NCBI GenBank assembly: GCA_964410905.1
Contig: CAYPIR010000007.1
Span: forward strand, 11,773-75,772
From: an uncultured bacterium
GTDB taxonomy: Bacteria; Omnitrophota; Omnitrophia; Omnitrophales; Aquincolibacteriaceae
DNA length: 64,000 bases
Direction of reading: 5' to 3'
A model generated the notes under the pieces. That model saw nothing but the letters and a program-made list of their open reading frames with translations. It made no database searches and was not told the origin of the DNA. How positions within the stretch are numbered: the first letter of the stretch is position 1; each line of letters begins with the position of its first letter. This document shows positions 21,115 through 31,251 of this stretch, one piece after another. The translations under genes were made by a program, and so were the position numbers.

Positions 21115-22121
21115 TGGGATTGTTTAGAAATAAAAATAAATCTGTATTCGTGCAGTCGACAATGTCGGAAGCCGAAATTCAGCGGAAACTATATGGCGAG
21201 TTTGTTCCTCAAACGACACCTGCTATTTTCGACGTAACGCGCGACGTAAGAAAAAAAGAGCCCACCGTATTAAAACCACAAATCAGTTCAGCCGATCCAA
21301 AAACTGCTGTATCGGATGATTTGTTTTCCAGAACTAAAGAAGTTTCTGTTGATGAAAATGAAGAGAAAGAGCCTGTCTCGTTGAAGACGCAACTCAAAAT
21401 AGAAAATAAGAAAATTGTTGTTGGTGCGTCTTCTTCAGAATATTTAGATCCTTATGCCAGGTTTAAGCAAAAAGCTGAAGAGAGATACAAAAGAAACGGT
21501 TTTCTTGAAACTATTAAAATTATTTTTGTTGGTGTGTTAGGTTTTTTTCAAGCGTTTGGGGAATCGCAGAACGCAAAGCTTAGAAAAACAATTTACGCGA
21601 TACTGGCTGTTTTATGCGTGACTGGACTTTTTTTTGCCATTAATTCGTTGAATGCAAAGCGTGAAGCGGCTATGTCCATCAGATATGAAACGCCGTCTTC
21701 TGCGCCGCGTAAAAGCGCGGGCGTGAGTTTGTCCGTTTCTTCATCTGTAACAACGGATTATGGCGATATAGGAGAAAGTCCGATATCGTTGCCGTCTGCA
21801 ATACAAGAAAATGCTGGAACAACTTCTAAAACGTCAGCTGTCGTGGGCGCTGAATCGCCTGCGGCCGTTAAAAATACATATGTAATTCAAGTCGTAACCT
21901 ATCCTACTAAGGCAGACGCGGATAGAATAGTGTCTAATTTCAGGAAAGAAGGTCTTAAAGCATATGTGAAAGAAAATGTTCGTCCAAGCGGCAGAGTCTT
22001 TTATCTTGTTCTTTTGGGCGGATTCAAATCGGAACCAGAAGCGCAAGCGCAGCTTCTGAAATTTCGCAAAATGGAAATCGCGCGTCCTTTTCAAGATGCA
22101 TTTGTAAAATCGAGTAAATGA
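21114..22121 (+). CDS. SPOR-domain membrane protein.
   Basis: Internal TM helix and a C-terminal SPOR-like segment (YVIQVVTYPTKADADRIVSNFRKEGLKAYV...VLLGGFKSEPEAQAQ). Confidence 0.55.
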   Translation: MGLFRNKNKSVFVQSTMSEAEIQRKLYGEFVPQTTPAIFDVTRDVRKKEPTVLKPQISSADPKTAVSDDLFSRTKEVSVDENEEKEPVSLKTQLKIENKKIVVGASSSEYLDPYARFKQKAEERYKRNGFLETIKIIFVGVLGFFQAFGESQNAKLRKTIYAILAVLCVTGLFFAINSLNAKREAAMSIRYETPSSAPRKSAGVSLSVSSSVTTDYGDIGESPISLPSAIQENAGTTSKTSAVVGAESPAAVKNTYVIQVVTYPTKADADRIVSNFRKEGLKAYVKENVRPSGRVFYLVLLGGFKSEPEAQAQLLKFRKMEIARPFQDAFVKSSK

Positions 22122-22486
22122 CAATGAGTTCACTTTGGGATGGATTTAATAAAAGAAAATATCCTCGCATACCTGTAACTTGCGATGTGGTGGTTGAACC
22201 TATAGGTAAAAAACAGTCTTTTACAGTCACGACTGAAGATGTCGGGATGGGAGGGCTTTCTGTGCTGTTGCCCGAACAACTCGAGCGATTTGACCGCTGC
22301 AAAATTTCAATTGAATTAAGAGACGGCAAATCTCCCGTGGAATGCATTGGACGCAGCGTTTGGATTATACCAAGCCATGACCCGAAATCGGCGCGTAAGC
22401 ATTATGACACAGGGTTGGAATTTATTGGACTTGATGAAGCGTCAAAATTACGACTTCAAATATTTTTGACTCCTAAAGCGTTATAA
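22118..22486 (+). CDS. PilZ-domain protein (c-di-GMP receptor).
   Basis: KRKYPRIPV (RxxxR-like) and DVGMGGLSV (D/NxSxxG) motifs. Confidence 0.65.
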   Translation: MTMSSLWDGFNKRKYPRIPVTCDVVVEPIGKKQSFTVTTEDVGMGGLSVLLPEQLERFDRCKISIELRDGKSPVECIGRSVWIIPSHDPKSARKHYDTGLEFIGLDEASKLRLQIFLTPKAL

Positions 22487-22495
22487 CTTTTCAAA

Positions 22496-22999
22496 ATGGC
22501 TCAACAGTTCTCCTTCGATATTGTCTCCGAAATAAATCTCCAAGAAGTCGATAACGCCGTAAATCAAGCCAAAAAAGAACTTTTCACTCGATTTGATTTC
22601 AAAGGGAGCAAAAGTTCCATAGAGTTTTTAAAAAATGAAAAAGAAAAACGCATTCGATTGCTTGCTGACGATGAAATGAAACTTCGTAATCTACAAGACA
22701 TTTTAAAAACTCGTATGGCTAGCCGCAAAATTTCTCAAAAATCGCTTGAGTTCAAAACGCCGGAAGCGGCGTTTGACGGCTGTCTCAGACAAGAGGTAAC
22801 TATGACGATGGGGCTGCCTCAGGATAAAGCCAAAGAAATTGTGAGGATTATTAAGTCCATTCCTGCCAAAGTTCAGGCCTCTATTCAGGGTGACGAAATT
22901 CGAGTTACTTCCAAAAGCAAAGACGATTTGCAAACCGTTATGCATAATCTTCGGTCTGCTGATTTGTCCGTTCCAATACAATTTACCAATTTCCGCTAA
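22496..22999 (+). CDS. yajQ: YajQ-family (UPF0234) nucleotide / c-di-GMP-binding protein.
   Basis: The N-terminus MAQQFSFDIVSEINLQEVDNAVNQAKKE is characteristic of YajQ. Length is ~165 aa. Confidence 0.8.
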   Translation: MAQQFSFDIVSEINLQEVDNAVNQAKKELFTRFDFKGSKSSIEFLKNEKEKRIRLLADDEMKLRNLQDILKTRMASRKISQKSLEFKTPEAAFDGCLRQEVTMTMGLPQDKAKEIVRIIKSIPAKVQASIQGDEIRVTSKSKDDLQTVMHNLRSADLSVPIQFTNFR

Positions 23000-23231
23000 A
23001 ATCAAACCTGCATTTTTACATGGTTTTTAATGAATAAAATCATAAAAAAAATAATCTTGAGGACTTGCTATTTCAAACTTATATGCTATGGTTTCTGCGT
23101 AGTGGTTCTATGGCTGTTTTTTTAACTTAATAAAGATTAAACGGCGGTCGATATAAATGATGGTCGTTATAAGTTTGCTTAATTAAGTTTCAAAATTTTA
23201 AAAGTTTTAAGAAAAAATTAAGGGAGGAGAT

Positions 23232-23621
23232 ATGAGTCAGGACAAACGAAAATTCAAACGTTTTGACGCTTATATGAGTGTTAAATTCACGGGAATTGAA
23301 GCGACTTCAGTGAAAGGCGTCGGGCTTAGTCGCGACCTTTGCCGTGAAGGAATCAAAGTTAACTCTGATCAATTGATTCCCGAAGGGACGCAGCTGGATT
23401 TGGAAATAGCAATTCCTGATGATCCGAAGCCGATTTACAGTAACGGAATTGTAATGTGGTCGAAACCTTCTGATGGAATAGAACAGGGATTTGACCAAGG
23501 TTTGCGTTTGATGAATATGGATCCTGTTGATAAATTTCGCGTTCTTGATTATGCGTACAATCATTGGCTTGAAACAAAAGTAAGCGATTACGCGAATCCT
23601 GAGACAATTCAAGAATGGTGA
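23232..23621 (+). CDS. PilZ-domain protein.
   Basis: RKFKRFDAYMSVKF...VKGVGLSRDLCREGIKV (RxxxR ... D/NxSxxG). Confidence 0.6.
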   Translation: MSQDKRKFKRFDAYMSVKFTGIEATSVKGVGLSRDLCREGIKVNSDQLIPEGTQLDLEIAIPDDPKPIYSNGIVMWSKPSDGIEQGFDQGLRLMNMDPVDKFRVLDYAYNHWLETKVSDYANPETIQEW

Positions 23622-23670
23622 ATGATTTAATAACGTCGTAAGTTATCTTAAATAATTAGAAAAAGCTATA

Positions 23671-23709
23671 ACGCCTCGGTACTGAATAAGATACCGAGGC
23701 GTTTTTTTT
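23671..23709 (+). terminator. Rho-independent terminator.
   Basis: ACGCCTCGGTA / TACCGAGGCGT 11-bp inverted repeat with a 9-nt loop, followed by T8. Confidence 0.8.
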
Positions 23710-23744
23710 AAGGAAGAGGGCTGTGCGAGCCGATATTAATTATT

Positions 23745-25733
23745 ATGATGAACTTTTTTTCATTTGGTAAAAATCCTAGTAATTTTCGACGCGATAATTA
23801 TTTTTTAGACACTATGCCTCTATTTCAAGCTCTCACTTCTAATGAGCAATCGCAAATCGAACGCGCCGCGCGCCTCATTGGTTTTCATCGCGGCGATAGG
23901 GTCTATAATGAAGGCGATAAAGCGGATGCTTTTTATATTATAGTTTCAGGACGATTTCGTCTTTTTACTCACGATTATACAAACAAAAAAGAAACCAATA
24001 TTTTATATTTTTATAGAGGCGAGCACTTTGGGGAAACATCGCTTCTTACGGGAAACCCGCATAGCGCTTCGGTCGAAGCTGCCACTGACGCTACTGTTTT
24101 GAAAATAGAAGCCGCCAAGTTTCAAAAACTTTTAAAAGAAATTCCATCTCTTTCTATTTATTTAAGTCGCGCATTAGGCCGTCATCTGACACGCGAAGAA
24201 CTGGGTTACAGCAGCCACCGCAGAGAAGTTCGCATCGCTTCCGTTTTTACTTCCGGTGCGTCTGCTGAAGTTTTTGCTTTTTTAAAAGACTTCGCAAAGA
24301 CCATCGGAAACGAAACTAAACACAAAGTGCTTTTACTTAACCTGTTTTCTAACACGCAAGATTTTTCAAAACAAATAAATTCGAAATCTGGGTTTGACTT
24401 TGAAACTATGGACCCATCTCACAAAGCATTAATTCATTCACAGATAGAAAAAAACGAAGACGACGTGGAGTTTATTAATTTTCAAAATAATGACGCGCTT
24501 GAAAATGAAGACGAAAAATTCGCGGCATTTCTAACTTATCTGACCTATAAATATGACTATCTTATTTTGCTCTTGCCGGATAAAAAAACAAAAGTTGTCT
24601 CTAAAGCGTTGAGTTATTCCGACCGCGCGTATCTTTTGACAAACCACCAAATAAACGCGGTGAAGTTTATTTTGTCCAAAACAAAAATGTTAATGGACGA
24701 CTTTGGGTTTAATAAAAAAGAAATAAAAGCATTAGTGGAATCGGCGGCTGACGAGTTTCAGATATTTTGTAGCCTGCCTGACTTGAAATTCCAGCGGTAT
24801 AAATATGAAAAATCATTGGTGTTTCTTGCCAAAGATTGGGCGGAGCGGCTTGTTGGATTGGCGTTAGGGAGCGGTGCGGCGTATGGGTTGGCGCACATAG
24901 GCGTTTTGCGTGTAATCGAAGAAGAAAAAATTCCGATAGACATAATATCGGGCACAAGCATTGGCGCGCTTATCGGCGTATTTTGGTCCGCTGGCTACGA
25001 TTCATATGAAATAGAAAAAATAGCCAAATCCATAAATAAAAAAACTGCATTTTTCAAGCTTGTAGGTTTTATGGATTTTTCCAATCCTTACAAAGGTTTT
25101 TTAAAAGGGAAACAGATTATGCGGTTTTTAGAAAGCTATTTAGGTCATAAGACTTTCAAAGATCTGCAAACTCCACTGAAAATTTCGGCAACGAATCTGC
25201 TGACTGCTGAAGAAAAAATATTTGATGACGGCGACTTGCTGTCCGCCGTCCGCGCTTCAATTTCAATCCCGGGATTTTTCCGCCCGGTTAAACATGAGGG
25301 AAGCTATCTTATAGATGGCGGCATTGTAGACCCTTTGCCCGTGCGCGTGCTTTCGAATATGGGCGCAAGAAAAATTTTAGCGGTTAATGTATTGCCGTCT
25401 CCTCAGGATTTGCTGGAACGCAATAATCTTATTCGTCAGCGTTTTCACGCTGAATTTCAGAAACGAAAACATTTGCAAAAAATGCTGATGAAATGGAAAG
25501 ACGGATTTTTTAGAAATTATGAGGATAATATTTTTAATGTGTTAATGAATTCAATTATGTACACGGAATTTGAAGTCGCGAGAATGGAAGGCGAAGAGGC
25601 GGATGTTTTTATAAACGCTGCGACACTGGACGCGAATTGGGCGGAATTTTTTTCTGCGGATAAGTTTATTGACGAGGGAATAAAAAAAACTCGGGAGCGA
25701 CTACCCGAGATAAAACAGTTAATAGATGAATGA
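23745..25733 (+). CDS. Cyclic-nucleotide-binding domain fused to a patatin-like phospholipase (NTE-like). The start may instead be the ATG at 23814.
   Basis: N-terminal cNMP-binding fold (FGETSLLTGNPHSASVEA). Patatin GSGAAYG oxyanion motif, GTSIG lipase serine and DGG (LIDGGIVDP). Confidence 0.8.
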   Translation: MMNFFSFGKNPSNFRRDNYFLDTMPLFQALTSNEQSQIERAARLIGFHRGDRVYNEGDKADAFYIIVSGRFRLFTHDYTNKKETNILYFYRGEHFGETSLLTGNPHSASVEAATDATVLKIEAAKFQKLLKEIPSLSIYLSRALGRHLTREELGYSSHRREVRIASVFTSGASAEVFAFLKDFAKTIGNETKHKVLLLNLFSNTQDFSKQINSKSGFDFETMDPSHKALIHSQIEKNEDDVEFINFQNNDALENEDEKFAAFLTYLTYKYDYLILLLPDKKTKVVSKALSYSDRAYLLTNHQINAVKFILSKTKMLMDDFGFNKKEIKALVESAADEFQIFCSLPDLKFQRYKYEKSLVFLAKDWAERLVGLALGSGAAYGLAHIGVLRVIEEEKIPIDIISGTSIGALIGVFWSAGYDSYEIEKIAKSINKKTAFFKLVGFMDFSNPYKGFLKGKQIMRFLESYLGHKTFKDLQTPLKISATNLLTAEEKIFDDGDLLSAVRASISIPGFFRPVKHEGSYLIDGGIVDPLPVRVLSNMGARKILAVNVLPSPQDLLERNNLIRQRFHAEFQKRKHLQKMLMKWKDGFFRNYEDNIFNVLMNSIMYTEFEVARMEGEEADVFINAATLDANWAEFFSADKFIDEGIKKTRERLPEIKQLIDE

Positions 25734-25812
25734 TTTTTGAATTAATTTTTTATTTGAGTATAATGCGCAAAGTGTTTAAAGCCTAATATTCTCAATAAGA
25801 CAGGAGCGGTTC

Positions 25813-26415
25813 GTGCGTTCTTCGTTTCATAATTTTTTTGTGTTTCTAATAATGGCTTTTCTTCTGACGCAATTTAATTTTCTTTCCACGGCGTTTGCGA
25901 AATCCGCCGAGGCTGACTTTTCTGTCATGTTGTCTCCGCAGGCAATCGGCAGTCAAATTTCTCGGAATATTTCAAAACGCAAGACTGAAAAAGAACTGAT
26001 GTTTGAAAAAAATAAGTCTGACGTAACAAATAAAAAAAACGCAGATTCAATTCAACTCTCACCCAAAAAGGACGTGTTTGTCCCGCCACCTCCGCCAACG
26101 CCTGTTAATCAAAATATTTCTGAAATCAGCTTGCAAGTTCAACGAATTATGGATACGAATAAGCGTATTCAATCTCTTCAACTGTCTCAGGTAAATCAAT
26201 TACAAAAAATTAACGAACAACGGGGCACTCATATTGGTGCTATTGAAAAATATGAAAAAATGCCTAATCCTGAAAAAAATAATATAAAAAAAATCTCTAA
26301 GAATGTTTTATTCGCTCAAGAGTCCTTGCGTGAAGAGCAGGCAGCAAATGACAAGGATTATGAGATTGCGGCGTCTATTGGCAATGTGATAGCGCAAAAC
26401 GCCAACGATTTATGA
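25813..26415 (+). CDS. Secreted hypothetical coiled-coil protein.
   Basis: Signal peptide (FLLTQFNFLSTAFA). No enzymatic motif. Confidence 0.45.
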   Translation: MRSSFHNFFVFLIMAFLLTQFNFLSTAFAKSAEADFSVMLSPQAIGSQISRNISKRKTEKELMFEKNKSDVTNKKNADSIQLSPKKDVFVPPPPPTPVNQNISEISLQVQRIMDTNKRIQSLQLSQVNQLQKINEQRGTHIGAIEKYEKMPNPEKNNIKKISKNVLFAQESLREEQAANDKDYEIAASIGNVIAQNANDL

Positions 26416-26564
26416 TGTCTGGGCATGTTCTTAGCCAAGCTTTAAATATAAATCCGTTCTTAAATGACGGAATCCCTCAAAAGTTTCCACGAGAAAAATT
26501 TTAATATTGTACGAATGTTTTTAAACCTCCTAGAGCCATCGTGCCAATAACGAGATAGTTTAGA

Positions 26565-27419
26565 ATGACCGATTTTGTATGGCAAAAAGACGCGTTTGAA
26601 AGTTGGGACAAAACGGAGATTGCTTATCGTGTTTGTTTAAATCACAAGGCTAAGCATAGCGTTATTTTAGTCCATGGTTTTGGCGAACACGGCGGACGTT
26701 ATTATAAGTTTCTGTCTCATATGAAAGAGCCGGAAACAAAAGAACTTTTAGCGCAACTGGCGATTATGGATTTACGCGGTATGGGCGAATCGGCTGGAAA
26801 ACGCGGCGACGTAAAATGCTTTAATGATTATCTTGAGGACATTTCCGCATTTGTTAAACACTTACAAAAGGCACACTTTTTCCCATCTAAAATAATTATT
26901 TTGGGGCATAGTCTTGGCGGCTTGATCGCATTTGATTGGGCAAGGCTAAATCCTGATTTAGTAAAACTGCTCATTTTGTCTTCACCTTTTATTGGAATGA
27001 AATATGGCGGAATCATTCGGTGGATGAATAATATTGTTTGCCGAATAAAGCCTGATTTTTTATACAAAAATTTTGTTCGCGCTGGAGATTTGAGCCGAAG
27101 CCACGAAGTTAAGGCTAGTTATCGAACAGATCCGCTTATTGTTCGGAAAATGACCTCAAGACTATTGTATGAAATTTTGAATAAACAAAAACTGATAGAC
27201 AAAATGTCGATTTTATCGACTGCGTTTCCGATCCATTTGTTGATGCCGGCTGAAGACAGAACTTTGGATATAAAAAAAACCGCGAGATTTTTTGATAGGC
27301 TTGCAATGTCCTTAAAGAGGAAAACGGTATTTGAAGGTTCGTTTCATGAGATTTTTAACGATTACAATGAGCAAAAAACTTTTAATGTTTTAAAGACAAT
27401 TATTGGGGAATGTGTATAA
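26565..27419 (+). CDS. Alpha/beta-hydrolase lysophospholipase / monoacylglycerol lipase.
   Basis: HGFGEHGGRY and GHSLGG nucleophile elbow. Hydrolase_4-like layout. Confidence 0.7.
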   Translation: MTDFVWQKDAFESWDKTEIAYRVCLNHKAKHSVILVHGFGEHGGRYYKFLSHMKEPETKELLAQLAIMDLRGMGESAGKRGDVKCFNDYLEDISAFVKHLQKAHFFPSKIIILGHSLGGLIAFDWARLNPDLVKLLILSSPFIGMKYGGIIRWMNNIVCRIKPDFLYKNFVRAGDLSRSHEVKASYRTDPLIVRKMTSRLLYEILNKQKLIDKMSILSTAFPIHLLMPAEDRTLDIKKTARFFDRLAMSLKRKTVFEGSFHEIFNDYNEQKTFNVLKTIIGECV

Positions 27420-27450
27420 TACCGCCCCAGAATTTCTCACCTGAATTTAC

Positions 27451-27523
27451 GGGCCTGTAGCTCAGTTGGTAGAGCGCTGCATTCGCATTGCAGAGGTCAG
27501 GAGTTCAACTCTCCTCAGGTCCA
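27451..27523 (+). tRNA. tRNA-Ala (anticodon CGC).
   Basis: Cloverleaf GGGCCTG/CAGGTCC acceptor with G3:U70, D-arm GCTCAGTTGGTAGAGC, anticodon loop TTCGCAT, T-arm AGGAGTTCAACTCTCCT and discriminator A. No encoded CCA. Confidence 0.85.
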
Positions 27524-27564
27524 AATTTTTATGCTTTTAAAATGGCGCGCAGCAATTCTTCTAT

Positions 27565-29199
27565 ATGACTGAATCACAAAAATCTTTTCCTATAGCAGTC
27601 GCACAAATAAACTCCACCGTTGGCGATTATGAGGCTAATTATCATAAGATTATTTCCTTTATAACTGCTGCCGAAAAAAACAATTTCGTGCTTACAGTGT
27701 TTCCTGAATGCGCGCTTTGCGGCTATCCCGTTTGGGATTTAGCAAATAAATTGGATTTCGTGAAAGCTGGAATCAAATACTTAAAAAAAATTACTCACTG
27801 GACACGGAACAAAAAAGGCGCGGCGATAGTTGGATTTATTGATAGAGAGAAAAAAAAAGAAGGAACTAAATTTTATAACGCGGCGGCTTGGATTGAATCC
27901 GGCAAAATTCGTGCTGTTTATCACAAAAGACTTCTCCCGACCAACGACGTTTTTTTGGAAAAAATATTTTTTGAAAAAGGAAATAAGCCTTGCGTGGTTT
28001 CGTTTAGAGGAAAAAAGATTGGAATTAGCATTTGCGAGGATTTATGGAGCAAAAATTATTCTGAAAAACCCATAAAAGATTTGAAGAAAAAAGGCGTGGA
28101 CATAGTTATCAACATATCCGCTTCGCCATTTTATCATGGAGTGTTTAAAAAACGCCTCAATCTTGTCTCGTCTCATGCGAGGAAATACAAATTGCCGATT
28201 GTATACGTCAATCAAGTGGGCGGACAAGACGATCTGATTTTTGACGGTCGAAGTTTCGCGGTTAATAGTAATGGAAAAGTTCATTTTATCGCGCCTGCGT
28301 TTTCTGAGAACGATGTTTCTTTTTTAGAAGCAGAAAATCCTCGTTCATATTCTTTCCGCAAAAGTGATTCAATCGAAAATGTTTATGCCGCCCTTGTTAC
28401 CGGCGTTAGGGATTATTTTAAGAAAAATGGATTCGAGAGAGCATTAATAGGTCTTAGCGGCGGAATTGATTCGGCGCTTGTTGCCGCGATAGCAACGGAC
28501 GCTCTTGGCAAAGATTCAGTAAAAGGAGTAACGATGCCCGGACCATTCTCCTCGAAAGGAAGTTGGCGTGATGCCGAAACTCTCGCGAAAAACCTTGAAA
28601 TTGAATTTGAAGTCCGTCCGATTAAAAAAATGTATAAGAATTTTTTGAAATCCAAAAGCGGTTTGTCGCCAACGCTTGCTATGGAAAATTTACAAGCGCG
28701 GCTGCGCGGACTGCAGCTGATGTATCTCTCCAATGATGAAGGGCGGCTTGTTTTGACTACGGGAAACAAGTCCGAACTTGCTATGGGGTACTGCACGCTT
28801 TATGGTGATATGGCGGGCGGATTAGCGGTTATCGGCGATGTTTATAAAACAGACGTTTATGAGCTGGCGCGATTTAGAAATTCTGTATCCAAAGTTATTC
28901 CTGATGAGACTCTTACAAAGCCGCCGTCTGCCGAGCTTCGCCCGAATCAAAGAGACCAAGACACACTTCCGCCATACGAAATTCTTGATGCTGTTCTGCG
29001 TTTGTATATTGAGGAAAACAAAAGCGCGGCGGCAATTGCAAAAAAGATCAAAGGAAAGATGTCTTTAAAATTAATAAACGAAACGATTAAAAAAGTTGAT
29101 GGAAATGAATACAAACGTCGCCAGACGCCGCCGATTTTACGCGTAACCGAAAAAGCGTGGTTTGGCCGCCGTATGCCGATTACGAATAGATACAGATAA
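27565..29199 (+). CDS. nadE: Glutamine-dependent NAD+ synthetase.
   Basis: N-terminal CN-hydrolase domain and C-terminal synthetase domain with the PP-loop GLSGGIDSALVA. Confidence 0.88.
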   Translation: MTESQKSFPIAVAQINSTVGDYEANYHKIISFITAAEKNNFVLTVFPECALCGYPVWDLANKLDFVKAGIKYLKKITHWTRNKKGAAIVGFIDREKKKEGTKFYNAAAWIESGKIRAVYHKRLLPTNDVFLEKIFFEKGNKPCVVSFRGKKIGISICEDLWSKNYSEKPIKDLKKKGVDIVINISASPFYHGVFKKRLNLVSSHARKYKLPIVYVNQVGGQDDLIFDGRSFAVNSNGKVHFIAPAFSENDVSFLEAENPRSYSFRKSDSIENVYAALVTGVRDYFKKNGFERALIGLSGGIDSALVAAIATDALGKDSVKGVTMPGPFSSKGSWRDAETLAKNLEIEFEVRPIKKMYKNFLKSKSGLSPTLAMENLQARLRGLQLMYLSNDEGRLVLTTGNKSELAMGYCTLYGDMAGGLAVIGDVYKTDVYELARFRNSVSKVIPDETLTKPPSAELRPNQRDQDTLPPYEILDAVLRLYIEENKSAAAIAKKIKGKMSLKLINETIKKVDGNEYKRRQTPPILRVTEKAWFGRRMPITNRYR

Positions 29200-29251
29200 C
29201 CTATGTGTTATAATCCCGCCGCTTTAAAATCCTAAATAATGGAGAATTGCT

Positions 29252-29584
29252 TTGCAGCCTAAAAAAATTGCCGAACTATTAAAATCTTTAGCTGAAGACA
29301 AAAAAGCGGAAAATCCAATTCTGCTCGATATGAAAAAATATTCTGCTCTGGCAAGTTTCTTTTTGATTTGCCACGGAACAAGCGACCGCCATGTAAAATC
29401 TATTGCGATGCATTTGATGGACGAAATGAAAAAGAAAAAGATGCCTGCCTATCACGTGGAAGGTTTAGCGGATGGAAAATGGGTTTTGCTTGATTTTGGC
29501 TCGGTTATCGCGCATGTTTTTTATCACGAGACAAGAAATTTCTACGCACTTGAACGGCTTTGGGGCGACGCCAAACAGGTCTAA
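29252..29584 (+). CDS. rsfS: Ribosomal silencing factor RsfS (Iojap).
   Basis: ~110 aa. ILLDMKKYSALASFFLICHGTSDRHVKSIA...WVLLDFGSVIAHVF. Confidence 0.8.
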   Translation: MQPKKIAELLKSLAEDKKAENPILLDMKKYSALASFFLICHGTSDRHVKSIAMHLMDEMKKKKMPAYHVEGLADGKWVLLDFGSVIAHVFYHETRNFYALERLWGDAKQV

Positions 29585-29591
29585 TGCCGAT

Positions 29592-31247
29592 ATGAAAAAT
29601 AAACTGCAAAACATAATTAATCAAGCTGCCGCCTTTTTTTGCAAAAATAACGGAGCCGAACTTCCTGATAATTTTTCCTACGATTTACATCCGCCAAAAG
29701 ATAATCAACACGGCGATTTTGCTTCCAATGTCGCTTTTAAACTTACGAAAATTGTCCGACAAAAAACCACGGATATTGCTACCGCCATTATTACTGAAAT
29801 TAATAAAATTTCTGACGATAACCCGATAGAAAAAACAGAAATTGCCGGTGGCGGTTTCATAAATTTTTATTTAAAAAAAGAAAATTTGGCTTCAGTGCTG
29901 CTTGAAATTCATAAAAAAGATCGCGACTATGGGCGAGTAGATTTTGGAAAAGGACAAAAAGTAATTTTGGAATTTGTGAGTGCCAATCCCACGGGACCGC
30001 TTACTATCGCGCACGGACGGCAAGCGGCTGTTGGGGACTGTTTAGCTCGAATTCTAAAATTTACGGGGCATGAAGTTTACGCCGAATATTATTTGAACGA
30101 TGCCGGCCGGCAAATGAAAATGTTGGCGCAAAGCGTTTGGGTTAGATATAACGAGCTTTTGGGAAATCAAAAACCTTTTCCCGAAGACGGCTATCACGGA
30201 GCGTATATTCAAACGATTGCCCGTGAAATTATTGAAAAAGAAAAAAAAGAATTGCTCGAAAACGACGAGGCGGAATCTATAGCGTATTGCGAGACTTACG
30301 CGATAGATTATCTTATGAATTCCATACGAGAAGACTTGGCGAAAATGGAAGTTCATTTTGACAACTATTTTAGCGAGAAAACTCTTTACGCGAAAAATGC
30401 TGTCGAAACCACGCTCGGCGTATTAAAAGAAAAAGGTTATTTGTTTGAAAGCGAAAGCGCGCTGTGGTTTCGTTCTACAGATTTTGGCGACGATAAAGAC
30501 CGTGTGGTGAAAAAATCTACTGGAGAATACACTTATCTTGCGCCTGACATTGCCTATCATTTAACCAAATATGAGCGAGGATACAACACGCTCGTTAATT
30601 TTTGGGGGCCAGACCATCACGGTTATATTCCTCGTTTAAAAGCCGCGTGCAGAGTTCTGGGTTATCCTGATGAGGCGATTCATATCGGAATCGTTCAACT
30701 TACGACTCTTTTTAGAAAAGGTCAGCCTGTCAGGATGTCTACCCGCGCTGGTGAATTTGTAACTCTTCGTGAACTTTATGAAGAAGTCGGCGTGGACGCC
30801 ACCCGTTTCTTTTTTATTATGCGGCGCCAGGAGAGCCATCTTGATTTCGACTTAGATTTAGCAAAAGAAAAATCTCAGGAAAATCCCGTTTTTTATCTTC
30901 AGTATGCCCACGCGAGAATAGCCAGTCTTTTGAAATATTCCGAACAAAAAGTAACAGCGGATGTCGATTTAAAACTTTTGTCAACGCCGGAAGAAGCGAC
31001 TCTTTTAGGAAGTCTTGGGCAATTTTCTAATTATTTAATTCAAGCAAGCCGAGAAATAGAGCCTTATCGTTTGGCGGATTATCTCAGGCAAGTCGCCGCG
31101 GATTTTCATAAGTTTTATGCGCGTAATCGCGTGGTGAGTGAAGATAAAGAACTCACGAAGTCGCGGCTTTTGCTTGCCGATGCGACACGTATTGTTTTGC
31201 GAAATGGATTAGAATTACTTGGTATATCTCAACCTGAATCAATGTAG
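29592..31247 (+). CDS. argS: Arginine--tRNA ligase. The start is taken at ATG 29592, after the rsfS stop.
   Basis: HIGH-region SANPTGPLTIAHGR and the class-I ArgS layout with a DALR anticodon-binding C-terminus. Confidence 0.88.
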   Translation: MKNKLQNIINQAAAFFCKNNGAELPDNFSYDLHPPKDNQHGDFASNVAFKLTKIVRQKTTDIATAIITEINKISDDNPIEKTEIAGGGFINFYLKKENLASVLLEIHKKDRDYGRVDFGKGQKVILEFVSANPTGPLTIAHGRQAAVGDCLARILKFTGHEVYAEYYLNDAGRQMKMLAQSVWVRYNELLGNQKPFPEDGYHGAYIQTIAREIIEKEKKELLENDEAESIAYCETYAIDYLMNSIREDLAKMEVHFDNYFSEKTLYAKNAVETTLGVLKEKGYLFESESALWFRSTDFGDDKDRVVKKSTGEYTYLAPDIAYHLTKYERGYNTLVNFWGPDHHGYIPRLKAACRVLGYPDEAIHIGIVQLTTLFRKGQPVRMSTRAGEFVTLRELYEEVGVDATRFFFIMRRQESHLDFDLDLAKEKSQENPVFYLQYAHARIASLLKYSEQKVTADVDLKLLSTPEEATLLGSLGQFSNYLIQASREIEPYRLADYLRQVAADFHKFYARNRVVSEDKELTKSRLLLADATRIVLRNGLELLGISQPESM

Positions 31248-31251
31248 TTTT

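Noticed and set aside
31219-31251. TTG start at 31219 for miaA, as in the ORF track.
   Set aside because: It would overlap the last 29 nt of argS and add an N-terminal extension absent from MiaA proteins. The GTG at 31252 puts the P-loop at the usual distance from the N-terminus.
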